A stretch of 64,000 bases of DNA from Promethearchaeota archaeon (GTDB lineage: Archaea > Asgardarchaeota > Lokiarchaeia > Sigyniarchaeales > SOKP01), in NCBI GenBank assembly GCA_019057795.1, contig JAHLWS010000078.1, positions 1 through 64,000 of the forward strand. The letters run 5' to 3'. The position numbers and the translations under genes were made by a program. Positions within the stretch are counted from its first letter, which is position 1. Each line of letters starts with the position of its first letter. This document shows, piece after piece, positions 49,037 to 59,164 of this stretch. The notes under the pieces are model-generated. The model worked only from the letters and a program-made list of their open reading frames with translations. It was not told where the DNA came from and did no database searches.

Positions 49037-49459
49037 TTATTTTCTTAAAATTGCGTACGCAGTTCTCTCTAAGAGACTTGTCCCTTCTGGAGAAACAATC
49101 CTACCTTTTTTATCTTGTTTTACGATTAAATTGGCTTTTTCTAGCTGCTGCAACGCAACCCGGATAATTTTTCCGCTTCCTTTAGCGCTGTGATGACGCC
49201 CTGGTCCTTTTCTATTTTTTCCCCCGTAATATTTTCTGAGTTTATTAACGCCAATTGGGCCAAATTTTTTAAGTTTCCTCAATAGTGAAGCGCATCTGAT
49301 ATACCAGAAATTTTCATGATCAATTGGAGCTAATTCCTTAAAAAATGCCGTCTTCCAAAATTGACTTCCTTCAGGCGGTTTAATTTCGGGATAATCCTTC
49401 AATTTTTCTGCTAATGTTTTTATCAGTTTCTCGGGTTCTACGATATATATGCTAATAAT
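49037..49459 (-). CDS. rps19e: 30S ribosomal protein eS19 (probable ATT start)
   Basis: KELAP...WYIRCASLLRK...GSGKIIRVALQQLE; N-terminus ISIYIVEP is in frame but has no ATG/GTG/TTG. Confidence 0.95.
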   Translation of the reverse strand: MISIYIVEPEKLIKTLAEKLKDYPEIKPPEGSQFWKTAFFKELAPIDHENFWYIRCASLLRKLKKFGPIGVNKLRKYYGGKNRKGPGRHHSAKGSGKIIRVALQQLEKANLIVKQDKKGRIVSPEGTSLLERTAYAILRK

Positions 49460-49537
49460 TAATACACCAAGAATTAATTATTTATGATACATTTTAAAAG
49501 ATTAAGTAGATTAAAAATTTTTTGATAATTATGGTAT

Positions 49538-49816
49538 TTGGGGACAATGAATCAAGACGAGTTTAAAAAAGTATTATTATCACAACCACATTGTACTTTG
49601 GGAAAAAAAGGAATTACAGATGAATTTATTGCTCATGTACGGCAATTGCTTAAAAGATATAAAATAATAAAAATAAAAATGTTAAAATCTATAGCAAATA
49701 AATCAAATATTAAAAGTATAGCAGACCAGATATCTCAAGCGACGGATTCACATGTTTTAGATGTAAGAGGTAAAACTATTATTGTTTCAAAGCGTCAAAT
49801 TAAAAAAAAGAATTAA
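49538..49816 (+). CDS. YhbY/CRM RNA-binding protein
   Basis: LGKKGIT...IIKIK...VRGKTII. Confidence 0.88.
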   Translation: MGTMNQDEFKKVLLSQPHCTLGKKGITDEFIAHVRQLLKRYKIIKIKMLKSIANKSNIKSIADQISQATDSHVLDVRGKTIIVSKRQIKKKN

Positions 49817-49838
49817 AATTAATTGTGAAATAACCTAA

Positions 49839-50168
49839 ATGGCTAAAAATAAAAGAAAACATCAAGCTATTATTAAACAAATAGCAGATACGAGAATGAG
49901 CTATTTATTTCAAAAAGCACACGATATATTCCCAAACAATAAAGAATTAGCTAATAGGTATGTGTACTTAGCGCGACGATATGCTCAAAGAGCTAAGATT
50001 AAAATCCCCCCAATTTGGAAAAAAAGGATTTGTCATAAATGTAAGGGATTCCTTTATCCTGGAATTAATTGTAGAACGAGAATACATTCAAAAGGAAAAG
50101 GTTCTCATGTATCAACGACTTGTTTGGATTGTAATCAAACAACGCGGTATTTTTTTAAAATAAAGTAA
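49839..50168 (+). CDS. rnp4: RNase P protein Rpp21
   Basis: LANRYVYLARR, KRICHKC, PG, CLDC. Confidence 0.92.
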   Translation: MAKNKRKHQAIIKQIADTRMSYLFQKAHDIFPNNKELANRYVYLARRYAQRAKIKIPPIWKKRICHKCKGFLYPGINCRTRIHSKGKGSHVSTTCLDCNQTTRYFFKIK

Positions 50169-50205
50169 TTCATAGATAAAAAATATAATAAATTTCGGAT
50201 TTAAA

Positions 50206-50880
50206 ATGCCTTTAACGATAATTCTGGCAGAATGCGGACTAGAATTGATCCCCAAAGAAATTAGGAAGCATTCAGCTATCCAGAGGAACCTAAAAAGAGA
50301 TAATTATTCCTCACAACTCCTTGATAACGCATTACATCATTCTGCGATGGTTAAGTTAAAAGATGTTGGAAAAAGAGGGCGGCCTGATATTACACATAGC
50401 TGCCTATTAAACGCTTTGGGATCTCCCTTGAATAAAAGTGGTAATTTAAAACTATACATTCATACTTTAAATAATAAAATATTCGAATTTAATCCACAAA
50501 TCAAAATCACTAGAAATTATAATAGATTTAAAGGATTAATGGCAAAATTGCTAAGGGAAAATGAGATTCGAATAAAAGAATTACTTTTAATTTCGCAATT
50601 TAATGGAAATCTAAGGGATTTAGTAAAATCTTTTAAAAAGAGGGAAATCGTAATATTTTCAAGCAGGGGGGAATTAGTTAAATATCATCTCGATTTATTT
50701 GATAAAGATTTGAAAAAAAATTATATTGCTATTATTGGTGGTTTTCAAAAAGGTTATTTTACAGAAGATATCTTAAACCTAAGCGATAAAATTGTATCAA
50801 TTTCGAATTATTCTTTGGATGCGTGGGTTATCTTAAATAAAATAGTTAGCTATTATGAAATTACTAATGACATTATTTAA
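50206..50880 (+). CDS. nep1: Nep1/Emg1 rRNA pseudouridine methyltransferase
   Basis: RGRPDITH, SPLNK, RNYNRFKGLM, IGGF. Confidence 0.93.
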   Translation: MPLTIILAECGLELIPKEIRKHSAIQRNLKRDNYSSQLLDNALHHSAMVKLKDVGKRGRPDITHSCLLNALGSPLNKSGNLKLYIHTLNNKIFEFNPQIKITRNYNRFKGLMAKLLRENEIRIKELLLISQFNGNLRDLVKSFKKREIVIFSSRGELVKYHLDLFDKDLKKNYIAIIGGFQKGYFTEDILNLSDKIVSISNYSLDAWVILNKIVSYYEITNDII

Positions 50881-50989
50881 CAAAATAAGTATAAGAAAGT
50901 TTTTTTTTAATCGTTAATATATACAAATAATCAAATTTTTTTCAATACCACTTGAAAAATTCTTTTTAAGTATCTTCTGTTTTTACATT

Positions 50990-51061
50990 GCGCTCTTAGT
51001 ATAGTGGTTAGAATCTCGGGTTTCCAACCCGAGGACCCGGGTTCAATTCCCGGAGGGCGCA
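50990..51061 (+). tRNA. tRNA-Gly(TCC), no intron, CCA not encoded
   Basis: GCGCTCT/GGGCGC acceptor, TCGGG-TTTCCAA-CCCGA anticodon arm, GGTTCAATTCC T arm. Confidence 0.97.
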
Positions 51062-51276
51062 TTTATTTAGTATATGCGATATCCATACCAGAGCAATAAT
51101 TATTTACCTTTTCGTCTTTAAATGTAATTGAGGAATTTGCAGAGGAATTTTTAGCCGCTAAGAAGTTTTATGAAAAAATAGGATTTAAATTAGATTGTAC
51201 TCAAGACATTAATGAAGATCAAATTTTCTTTGTAAAGAAAAAGAAAAAAAAGAAAAATAGTTCAATTAAGGAGTAA
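51061..51276 (+). pseudogene. Truncated GNAT acetyltransferase remnant
   Basis: AAKKFYEKIGF (GNAT C-terminal motif), no start codon, in-frame stop at 51097. Confidence 0.5.
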
Positions 51277-51460
51277 TTCTAACTTGTTTAATATTGTGAT
51301 TTGGAAAAAAATCGATTTTTCCTTCTTCCATTCCAGATACTAGTAATCCTGAATTCATAAATTTATAATCAGCATTTTTTAGAATAGTATCTGGTACACG
51401 AGAAGGGGTTTTACGACCTATAAACCAAATCTTAATTTCTGTTGCTTTTTCCCATTCCAT
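51266..51460 (-). CDS. Small hypothetical protein
   Basis: 64-aa ATG ORF with beta-rich composition. Confidence 0.5.
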   Translation of the reverse strand: MEWEKATEIKIWFIGRKTPSRVPDTILKNADYKFMNSGLLVSGMEEGKIDFFPNHNIKQVRITP

Positions 51461-51987
51461 TTTAAATTCAACACTATAAAGTTTATTTATAATTTAGAAT
51501 TAGAAATTCAAAAACAATATTAATACTTTTTTAATATCTCTTTCTGTGATAAATTTCGTGAAACGATGATTTCACGAAGAAAAAATGGATATAAATTATG
51601 ATTAGTATTGAAGAAACTTACAATTCTAATTAAGAATCATTAAAATGTATCATCCTTCCATAGATAAATGTTTGTTTCCCTCATTTTTTCACACTTATTA
51701 AAAAAACCTCAAAATTTTAATAAAAAATCATAACAGAGTATTAAGAGTGTTATTATTGGATAATTTATTATAACCTAAAGATATATATAATCAAATTAGT
51801 ATATACATTAATTGAAGAAGCGCCCATTTTTCCATTTCCATTTTATAATCACTTAATCACTTAAAAATAATAATAAAAATAATTAAGGGCGTTTTTTCAC
51901 ATGTTTTCTTATAAACAACATGTAAGGAATAACTAATCTTAAATTTTTTATCGTATTATTGAGCTTTACTGATAATTTTACTTTAAG

Positions 51988-53136
51988 ATGACGAAGAACT
52001 TTAAAATTATTCATAGAGAATTTAAGACGGCGTTAAATAAGTTAAAATACCCTGATTCTTGGTTTTGGTGCAGATATACGATAAACCCCTACTCGGGATG
52101 CGCCCATACTTGCATATACTGCGATGCTAGGAGCCAAAGGTATTACTTAGATCAAGACTTCGAGAACGAAATTATCATAAAAACGAATATTGATAAAAAA
52201 TTAGATCAAAGAATTAAGAGAGCTCGAAAATTACTTCCCGATGTAATTGGACCTGGTGGTGTTTGTGACGCGTACCAACCAATCGAAAAAGAGGTTGAAA
52301 ACACTTTAAAAATTCTGAAAGTTATAGCTAAACACAAATTCCCCTTGAATATAGCAACAAAAAATAAAATGATTACGCGAGATATAGAGTTATTAGATAA
52401 AATCGCAGAAGATACTTGGTGTACCGTTGGTTTTTCGATCACTACGATTGACGAGGAATTGGCGCAGTTTTTAGAACCTTATTCTTCTCCACCTAAGGAA
52501 CGACTCGAAGCTTTGAAACAGATTAAAACTAAAGCTCCAAATATTCAAGTTGGGATTTATTTTATGCCAATAATACCTTTTTTAGAAGATAACGATGAAA
52601 ATTTGGAAGATGTTATCAAACAATCTAAAAAAGCGGGAGCCGATTTTATTCTTTTCTCGCCAGGTTTGACAATACGAGATCAACAAGCAGAATTTTTTAT
52701 TAAAAAATTAAAGAACAGTAAATATGAACATATCGTAAAACCTTTACTAAATTTATATAAGGGACAAATCTACCCACCTGCTGATTATGTAAAGAAATTA
52801 CACCCAAAATTGTTAAGATATTGCGAGGAGTATGGATTACCCATAAGAGAAAAGAGATGGATACCAAACGATTACCGAAAGTGGAATTACAAGATTTCTG
52901 AGTTGTTATTGAACAAAGAATATTTGGATGCTGTTAAAAACGGAAAATCAAACAATGCCATGAAATGGGCTGGTTTAAATCTAAATAATCTGGAAGAATC
53001 TATTATAAACGTGTATAAAAGAGGGGAACTATCAAAACTAAATAATTTCAATAAAAAAATAATTGAATTCGTTAAACCATATTTAGAAAAAAGTAAAGAA
53101 TCAGAACGAAAAACAGGACTTGATAAATTTCTATGA
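51988..53136 (+). CDS. Radical SAM protein, spore-photoproduct-lyase-like family
   Basis: INPYSGCAHTCIYCDAR, DAYQPIE, LEP...ERL. Confidence 0.9.
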   Translation: MTKNFKIIHREFKTALNKLKYPDSWFWCRYTINPYSGCAHTCIYCDARSQRYYLDQDFENEIIIKTNIDKKLDQRIKRARKLLPDVIGPGGVCDAYQPIEKEVENTLKILKVIAKHKFPLNIATKNKMITRDIELLDKIAEDTWCTVGFSITTIDEELAQFLEPYSSPPKERLEALKQIKTKAPNIQVGIYFMPIIPFLEDNDENLEDVIKQSKKAGADFILFSPGLTIRDQQAEFFIKKLKNSKYEHIVKPLLNLYKGQIYPPADYVKKLHPKLLRYCEEYGLPIREKRWIPNDYRKWNYKISELLLNKEYLDAVKNGKSNNAMKWAGLNLNNLEESIINVYKRGELSKLNNFNKKIIEFVKPYLEKSKESERKTGLDKFL

Positions 53137-53876
53137 CGGAAGATATAATTGTTGAAATTAAAAATCTATTAGTGGAAAAAACTCCGCGTCTTACTCCAGA
53201 ACAGAAGTCAATGATGTACAAGATTATAAACCCCGACATCTCTAATTATGTAAAATACGGAGTAAAGGTTGCCGAGATTGAGAACATCGTAAAAAATGTT
53301 TATAATAAGTTCATATGTACATATCAAGATGCAATTGAAATATTTAAAATGTTAACTAAATCAAATGTTGAGGAGGAAAAATTCGCAGCATTCTTATTCT
53401 TAAATCGTTTTAAAAAAAACTTTAATGAAGGAACTATTCAGCTTTTCAGAGACGAATACGCTAAACATTGCCATACATGGAGCCACTGTGATAGCACTTG
53501 CGTCAGAGTTATAGGGCCGTTTCTCGGGAAACAGGGTAATGAAGAATTAGCAAAAAAAACTATCGATGAGTGGTCCAATTCTGACAATATATGGATTAAA
53601 AGAGCCTCAATGGTTATTCTACTTAAAATTACGATGATAAGAAAAGATTTTGACGAGACTTTCGTGTTTGAACTAGTGGAAAAAATGTTAAAGTATTCCG
53701 AAGCAAATTATATCGAAAAGGGAATAGGATGGCTCCTTAAGACTTGTTCTAAATATAAACCTGAAGTAATTATTGACTGTTTAACTAAAAACAAAAAAAT
53801 TCTCTCCAGACTTATCCTTAGGTACGCAAGTGAAAAACTTCCCAAGGATAAAAGGGCTTTAGTATTAAAAAAATAA
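53133..53876 (+). CDS. DNA alkylation repair protein (AlkD-like HEAT repeat)
   Basis: YGVK, TWSHCD, WSNSDNIWIKRAS, KGIGWLLK, RYASEK. Confidence 0.88.
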   Translation: MTEDIIVEIKNLLVEKTPRLTPEQKSMMYKIINPDISNYVKYGVKVAEIENIVKNVYNKFICTYQDAIEIFKMLTKSNVEEEKFAAFLFLNRFKKNFNEGTIQLFRDEYAKHCHTWSHCDSTCVRVIGPFLGKQGNEELAKKTIDEWSNSDNIWIKRASMVILLKITMIRKDFDETFVFELVEKMLKYSEANYIEKGIGWLLKTCSKYKPEVIIDCLTKNKKILSRLILRYASEKLPKDKRALVLKK

Positions 53877-53984
53877 AAATTGAACACCTATAATTTTAAT
53901 AAATTTATATCAAGAAAGAGATATGTCCTTTTAAAGAATTCTTATTTAAATTAATAATATGGAGTATTATAAAACAATCATACT

Positions 53985-54773
53985 ATGAAGCATGTAGAAT
54001 ATAAAGGAAAACGATATAATGTATTAGACGGGAAGCTGGATCTTAGTAATTTAGGTATTAGCAATATTAATAATATTTTAGGATTAGAAAATTTGATCAA
54101 TCTAAAGGAACTGGATCTTTCAAATAATGCTATTACTGAGATTGAAGGGCTTGAAACATTAACTCATCTGGAGTTGCTAAATCTAAGAATAAACCAAATT
54201 AAAGAAATAAAAGGCCTTGAAGAGTTGACTAATTTAAAATATTTATATCTCTATAATAATCGAATATCTGAGATTAGCGGACTTGAGGCGCTCTTTAATG
54301 TGGTTGAATTGAATCTTTTTGATAATCAAATTCATAATATTAAAGGCTTAGAAAACTTGATTAATTTAAAGAAATTATATCTCGGTAGTAATCGTATAGC
54401 GATGATTGAAGGACTTGAAAATTTAATCTACTTAAAATTCTTAAATATTGAAAAGAACTTTATTACAGAACTCCAAGGTCTTGATACGCTTGAAAATCTG
54501 ATCCTTTTGGCAATTAAGAGAAATAATATTAAAGAAATTAAGTCTCTCGAGCTTTTAACTCAATTGAAAAGGTTAGAATTAGCATTTAACGAGATCACCG
54601 AGATAATGGGACTTGCCGAGCTTGAGAATCTTGAAACAATTGATCTTCGGGGAAATCCTGTATATGATAATGAACTTGAGTTTGCGACGAAAAAAATAAA
54701 AGTAAAATTGTTAGACGCCAAAGAGTTAGTTTTCTATTGTAAATGGTTTAATCGAGTCTGCGAAAATGTATAG
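53985..54773 (+). CDS. Leucine-rich repeat protein (SDS22-like)
   Basis: About nine 22-aa repeats LxxLxLxxNxIxxIxGLExL. Confidence 0.93.
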   Translation: MKHVEYKGKRYNVLDGKLDLSNLGISNINNILGLENLINLKELDLSNNAITEIEGLETLTHLELLNLRINQIKEIKGLEELTNLKYLYLYNNRISEISGLEALFNVVELNLFDNQIHNIKGLENLINLKKLYLGSNRIAMIEGLENLIYLKFLNIEKNFITELQGLDTLENLILLAIKRNNIKEIKSLELLTQLKRLELAFNEITEIMGLAELENLETIDLRGNPVYDNELEFATKKIKVKLLDAKELVFYCKWFNRVCENV

Positions 54774-54861
54774 AACTTTTAATGATTATATTTAATTTAA
54801 AAACTTTATATCTAATTAATAAATCTTAGATAGATAGTATTAAGATATTATTTTGTCATTT

Positions 54862-54950
54862 CTACTATTATACTACTATTATCAAAAAATCTAAAAAGTT
54901 GATTTCTTTCTGATTCTACTACTATTATTCTACTTCTATCAAAAACTCTA
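54862..54950. repeat. Two 32-bp direct repeats (28/32 identical) upstream of the HTH-RHH-LRR gene
   Basis: CTACTATTATACTACTATTATCAAAAAATCTA (54862) and CTACTATTATTCTACTTCTATCAAAAACTCTA (54919). Confidence 0.75.
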
Positions 54951-54999
54951 CTACAAAGATTTAAATACATCAATTGTTTATAGTAGTAACAGTGATTAA

Positions 55000-56218
55000 T
55001 ATGACAAGAGAACCTAATAAAAAAAAATATGAACGTATACTTGAACGCCTTGCGAAAGGTGATAAACAATCTTCGATTGTTATAACCGAAAAATGTTCCT
55101 ATGGTACAATTTCAGCTGCAAAACAGTGGGATACGAATGGAAGACCTATTACGATTACCTCTACAAGAAGCACATCAACAAATAGAACTAAAATTGTGCT
55201 CTCAATACCAAACTTTTGGCTTGAATGCTTAAATGAAGATATAATGTCAGGAATTTGGATAGATTATTCTGATGCAATTATTGATATTATCAGGTTTTTT
55301 TTCCGAACTCGAATGGAAGACAATCAACCTGAGCCTTCATCAGCGAGAAGAAGAGAAATTCTACATTCAAGAGAATTTAGAAGAAAAGAACCTAACCTTA
55401 GAAGAGAAGTTATGAAAGAGCTTAAAGAATCTCTTACACATGAACAAGTCCGAGATTCTGAAAATAAAAATTTAATAAATGTAATAGAATTAAAAGAATA
55501 TAAAGAGATCAAAGAAGAGCAGAGACAAGAATTTTATAAACAAAGAGAGCTAATATATTCACGATTTAATGATCAGAAAACAGAGAAATATGTTTTTAAA
55601 AATTATCACGGAGAACCATTGATAAAAGAAGAATTTGAGATATTAATGGAATTAGAGCAGCAAGTGGGGAGAATCCCTAAATGGGAAGGGGATTTTACTC
55701 GAGGAGATTATATGCCTGCGCCAACTGATATAAAGACTTATAAATTCAGTTATGTCCTTTTAGGCAATCATGTAATTATACTTAATATATGTGGTAAAGG
55801 TTTAAACTATTTACCAGAATCGATTGGTCAATTAAAATATTTACAAACTCTTGATTTAAGAAACAACAATCTAACCGAACTTCCCGAATCTATTGGAAAT
55901 TTAGAATTTCTGGAAGAGCTTATTCTCCATGATAATGCTCTCAGATCCGTTCCTAAATCTATAGGGAACCTTAAAAATCTTGGATTACTCCATTTGGACA
56001 ATAACAATCTTACAACTTTGCCTGAAACAATTTGTAACCTTAAAACATGGTATCCTATTGGATTAACTAATAATAAAATAGATTCACTCAGTGAGAAAAT
56101 TCTAAAAATGTGTATGCCGCAAGCAAAGGTTACTATATACGCGAAGGCGCACGGGATAAGAAAGAAACTGTGTGAGTTAGATTTGGTAGGAAATCCTATA
56201 ATGGAAGCAAAAAAATAA
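55000..56218 (+). CDS. HTH/RHH plus LRR protein
   Basis: N-terminal HTH-like segment, RHH-like TKIVLSIPNFWLECLNEDI...YSDAIIDII, C-terminal LPESIGxL repeats. Confidence 0.8.
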
Positions 56219-56411
56219 GATGTAAAATGTTATTCTACTCTTAAGTCCAAGCTTAATTAGTGAAAATTGAATTTTCAGTAGATTCTTATTTTCCAATAAA
56301 TATTGTATGCATTATACTACGAAATAAGTCAATGCATCCTATTACTAATAAAACAATCCAGGTAAATTTTGGCACTTCTTTCTTCTTTACTATATTTTCT
56401 TTATCTTCTTT

Positions 56412-56602
56412 TATTATTCTTAACTCTCTCTCTTTAAAGATCTTTTTTAATTTCATCAGTTAGAAATTCTGCTATTTTTTCTATATAGACCTTACCTTTT
56501 TTCTTACTAGTTTTAGTTGGATCTCCAATAACACCAATTTCACACCAAGATATCCTGGTTGGAATCTCTCTCTTGACAAGATATTCATTTCTTCCATTCG
56601 AA
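56412..56602 (-). pseudogene. Internally deleted copy of the creatininase gene
   Basis: Matches 57893-58125 with a gap, then 20/20 identity to 58640-58659. Confidence 0.85.
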
Positions 56603-56643
56603 TTCTTTAAATATATTTTATTGGGAAAAATTTTAGTTTTAAC

Positions 56644-57516
56644 TTATTCCTTTGAACCGGGCTGCCATATAAACAATTCTATCGTGCAACATTCCTTAAA
56701 ACCCATCCGATTATACATATTTAAACCCATCTCAGTTGAATGAAGAATTGCAGTCTCATATCCTAATTTCTTAGCCTCGTTTAGGGGAGCAAGAGTTATC
56801 GCAGTACCAATCCCTTTACCATGTGCTTCTTCTAATGTAGTAACCAAATGAATACCTGCAACACCTGCTTTATACAATACTAATGAAGAAGCGACAGGAT
56901 TTCCATCATAATATGCTAAGAATGCACTTGCAGAGGCCCTATCCTTCAAAAGTATAAATGAGAAAGCCTCGAAAAAAAAATCAGATCGAACTTCTTTTGG
57001 AAAATCAAAACCCGTTAAAATTATGTCATTCCATACTTTTAAAGCATTCATACTTTCAATCTTTATAATCTCTACCTTATTTAAAAGTTCTCTTTCTGTG
57101 TTTAAAATTTTTAGGTTATAAGCCATCCCCTGAAGCTTGTCAAGGATGAATCCATTTTTGATTAATAACTCTCCCATATTTTTAGGAGTGCTTGATGGGC
57201 CAAGCACCCAAAGAAAGGGAACTTGTCTCTTTTCAAAATAAGTGATATTGTCCTTTATCTTTTTAATAGCATTTTCTGAGGAAATATGGCTATCTATCAC
57301 CCCATTAAAAAAAAAAAAAGGGATCCCCGTAGAGAATCTGGAGAACTCCTCAGTCTCTTCATATTGGATATGTTCAAGATCGATATGTACTATCGATCTA
57401 AAAAATTCATAAAGATTAAACTCAATTGCATGTTCAATTTCTGATTGATTTGGATTTTTAAGAATAGTTATAAATTGTTTCACTTCTAGAGTTTTGATAT
57501 AATATATTATACACAA
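56644..57516 (-). CDS. GNAT family acetyltransferase
   Basis: VTTLEEAHGKGIG, MYNRMGF. Confidence 0.9.
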   Translation of the reverse strand: MCIIYYIKTLEVKQFITILKNPNQSEIEHAIEFNLYEFFRSIVHIDLEHIQYEETEEFSRFSTGIPFFFFNGVIDSHISSENAIKKIKDNITYFEKRQVPFLWVLGPSSTPKNMGELLIKNGFILDKLQGMAYNLKILNTERELLNKVEIIKIESMNALKVWNDIILTGFDFPKEVRSDFFFEAFSFILLKDRASASAFLAYYDGNPVASSLVLYKAGVAGIHLVTTLEEAHGKGIGTAITLAPLNEAKKLGYETAILHSTEMGLNMYNRMGFKECCTIELFIWQPGSKE

Positions 57517-57685
57517 AATAAGATAATATACTATATAAGAGTCGATTTTTAGTTTTACATATTTGGTAAATTTAAAGTTTTTTGGGCATTTGTGTTAATT
57601 AGGAGGAGTATGTTAAGTGTTTTATGAGGGATGGAGATATGCATTAAGTATTAAAACTTTTTAAGAAAGGCTTAATCATTATCTT

Positions 57686-57904
57686 ATGACAAAATTCAAT
57701 TTGAACTTAGAATATAATAAGAATTTTATAAATGCTCTCGAAAACTGGAAAATTGAAGATTGGTCTAAAAATGATAAAAAAAAAAGGCTTAAATCAGAAA
57801 AACAAATTCAAAAGAGATTAAAGAATTTAAAAAAAGTATTCGTATTCTCTATCGAAGAAAAATCAATTGAAAATTTAGCTTCATTTACTCTCTATTATTC
57901 TTAA
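57686..57904 (+). CDS. Small hypothetical protein or fragment
   Basis: 72-aa ATG ORF whose 3' end runs into the duplicated segment. Confidence 0.35.
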   Translation: MTKFNLNLEYNKNFINALENWKIEDWSKNDKKKRLKSEKQIQKRLKNLKKVFVFSIEEKSIENLASFTLYYS

Positions 57905-57916
57905 CTCTCTCTCTCG

Positions 57917-58669
57917 TTAAAGATCTTTTTTAATTTCAGCAGTTAGAAATTCTACCATTTTTTCTATATAGATTTTCCCGTGTTCTTTACTTGCTTTAGT
58001 TGGATCTCCAATAACACCAATTTCAGTCAAAGAGGGCATCCCTTTCTTAATAAGCATTTCAATTTCCTTTTCTTTAAGAACTCCAAGATATCCTGGTTGA
58101 AATTTGTCTCTTTTTACAAGGTTTTCAGCGAGGAACAATATTTCAGATGTTTCTGCTTCACCAGCATGACCTCCTGCTTCTTCTATTGTTATATTTAAAC
58201 CTGCGGCAATTTTAAACTGAACATTCATAAAGCCCATCAAATCTGTAAATGCTAAAATCTTATTGTTAGTATATTTTTCCTGTGCTTCCTCAACTGCTTC
58301 TTTTAATGGAATAAAATTTCCTCCATGCGTAGGGATAAAAATAATGTTTTCAAAACCATGTTTTTGAAGACTCTCGATATAATCGTGAATTATTCCCTTT
58401 AAAGTAGATTTTTTTAATGAAATTGTTCCTGGAAAGGCTAAATGATGATCTGAACACCCCACTCTTATTGTTTGTGCTTGTAACGCATTCTTTAATTTTT
58501 GAGCGATTAAATTAACTATGACATCTGCTATTAATGCGTCTGTCTGAGTTGGTAAGTGAGGTCCATGCTGTTCAGTAGATCCTACTCCAATTATGACTGT
58601 TTTGAAACCACCATTAATCGCATCTTTAATATCAACCCAATTCATTTCTTCCATTCGAAGTGTTCTCAT
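57917..58669 (-). CDS. Creatininase/amidohydrolase family protein
   Basis: GSTEQHGPHLP...D, HHLAFPGT, HGGN, GHAGEAETS, GVIGDP. Confidence 0.95.
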   Translation of the reverse strand: MRTLRMEEMNWVDIKDAINGGFKTVIIGVGSTEQHGPHLPTQTDALIADVIVNLIAQKLKNALQAQTIRVGCSDHHLAFPGTISLKKSTLKGIIHDYIESLQKHGFENIIFIPTHGGNFIPLKEAVEEAQEKYTNNKILAFTDLMGFMNVQFKIAAGLNITIEEAGGHAGEAETSEILFLAENLVKRDKFQPGYLGVLKEKEIEMLIKKGMPSLTEIGVIGDPTKASKEHGKIYIEKMVEFLTAEIKKDL

Positions 58670-58932
58670 TTTTAATCTCTTACCTTTTTACTTTTTATTT
58701 ATTAAATTGCTTTCATTTCATAATAAATTTGTTAGAAATTGATGTTTTGTAGTTTAGACCATCTTGAACTGACTAAATTGACAAAACAATTTGATTTTTA
58801 TATTTGAAAATAGTCTTACTAGTATAATTTTTAATTTCTCTTCTCATGATTATCTATTTATTATCAAATATTTCAATCTGAAAGGTAAATTCAGAGTCTG
58901 ATTTCGATGAAAATTCCGTGGATTATTCTCTT

Positions 58933-58973
58933 CCTCTCCCGTGGCGTCCACTCCTACAAAAGTGGGTGCGAAA
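58933..58973. repeat. Dispersed GC-rich repeat, copy A
   Basis: CCCGTGGCGTCCACTCCTACAAAAGTGGGTGC; aligns without gaps to copies B and C. Confidence 0.65.
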
Positions 58974-59164
58974 TTTATTAAAAAATAATTTGACCAAATA
59001 ATTTTTATTTTAAGAGCAACATTAGTCTTATAAGGCAAGAAGTATAGAAATGAAGATTAAAAATGAATTTCAATGACGAAATTATCAAAGAACATTAGCA
59101 TTAATCTTTTTACTTTCCCCAGGTCTTAATAAGAAAGGATTAAAAAATAAAAAGACACGCTTAA

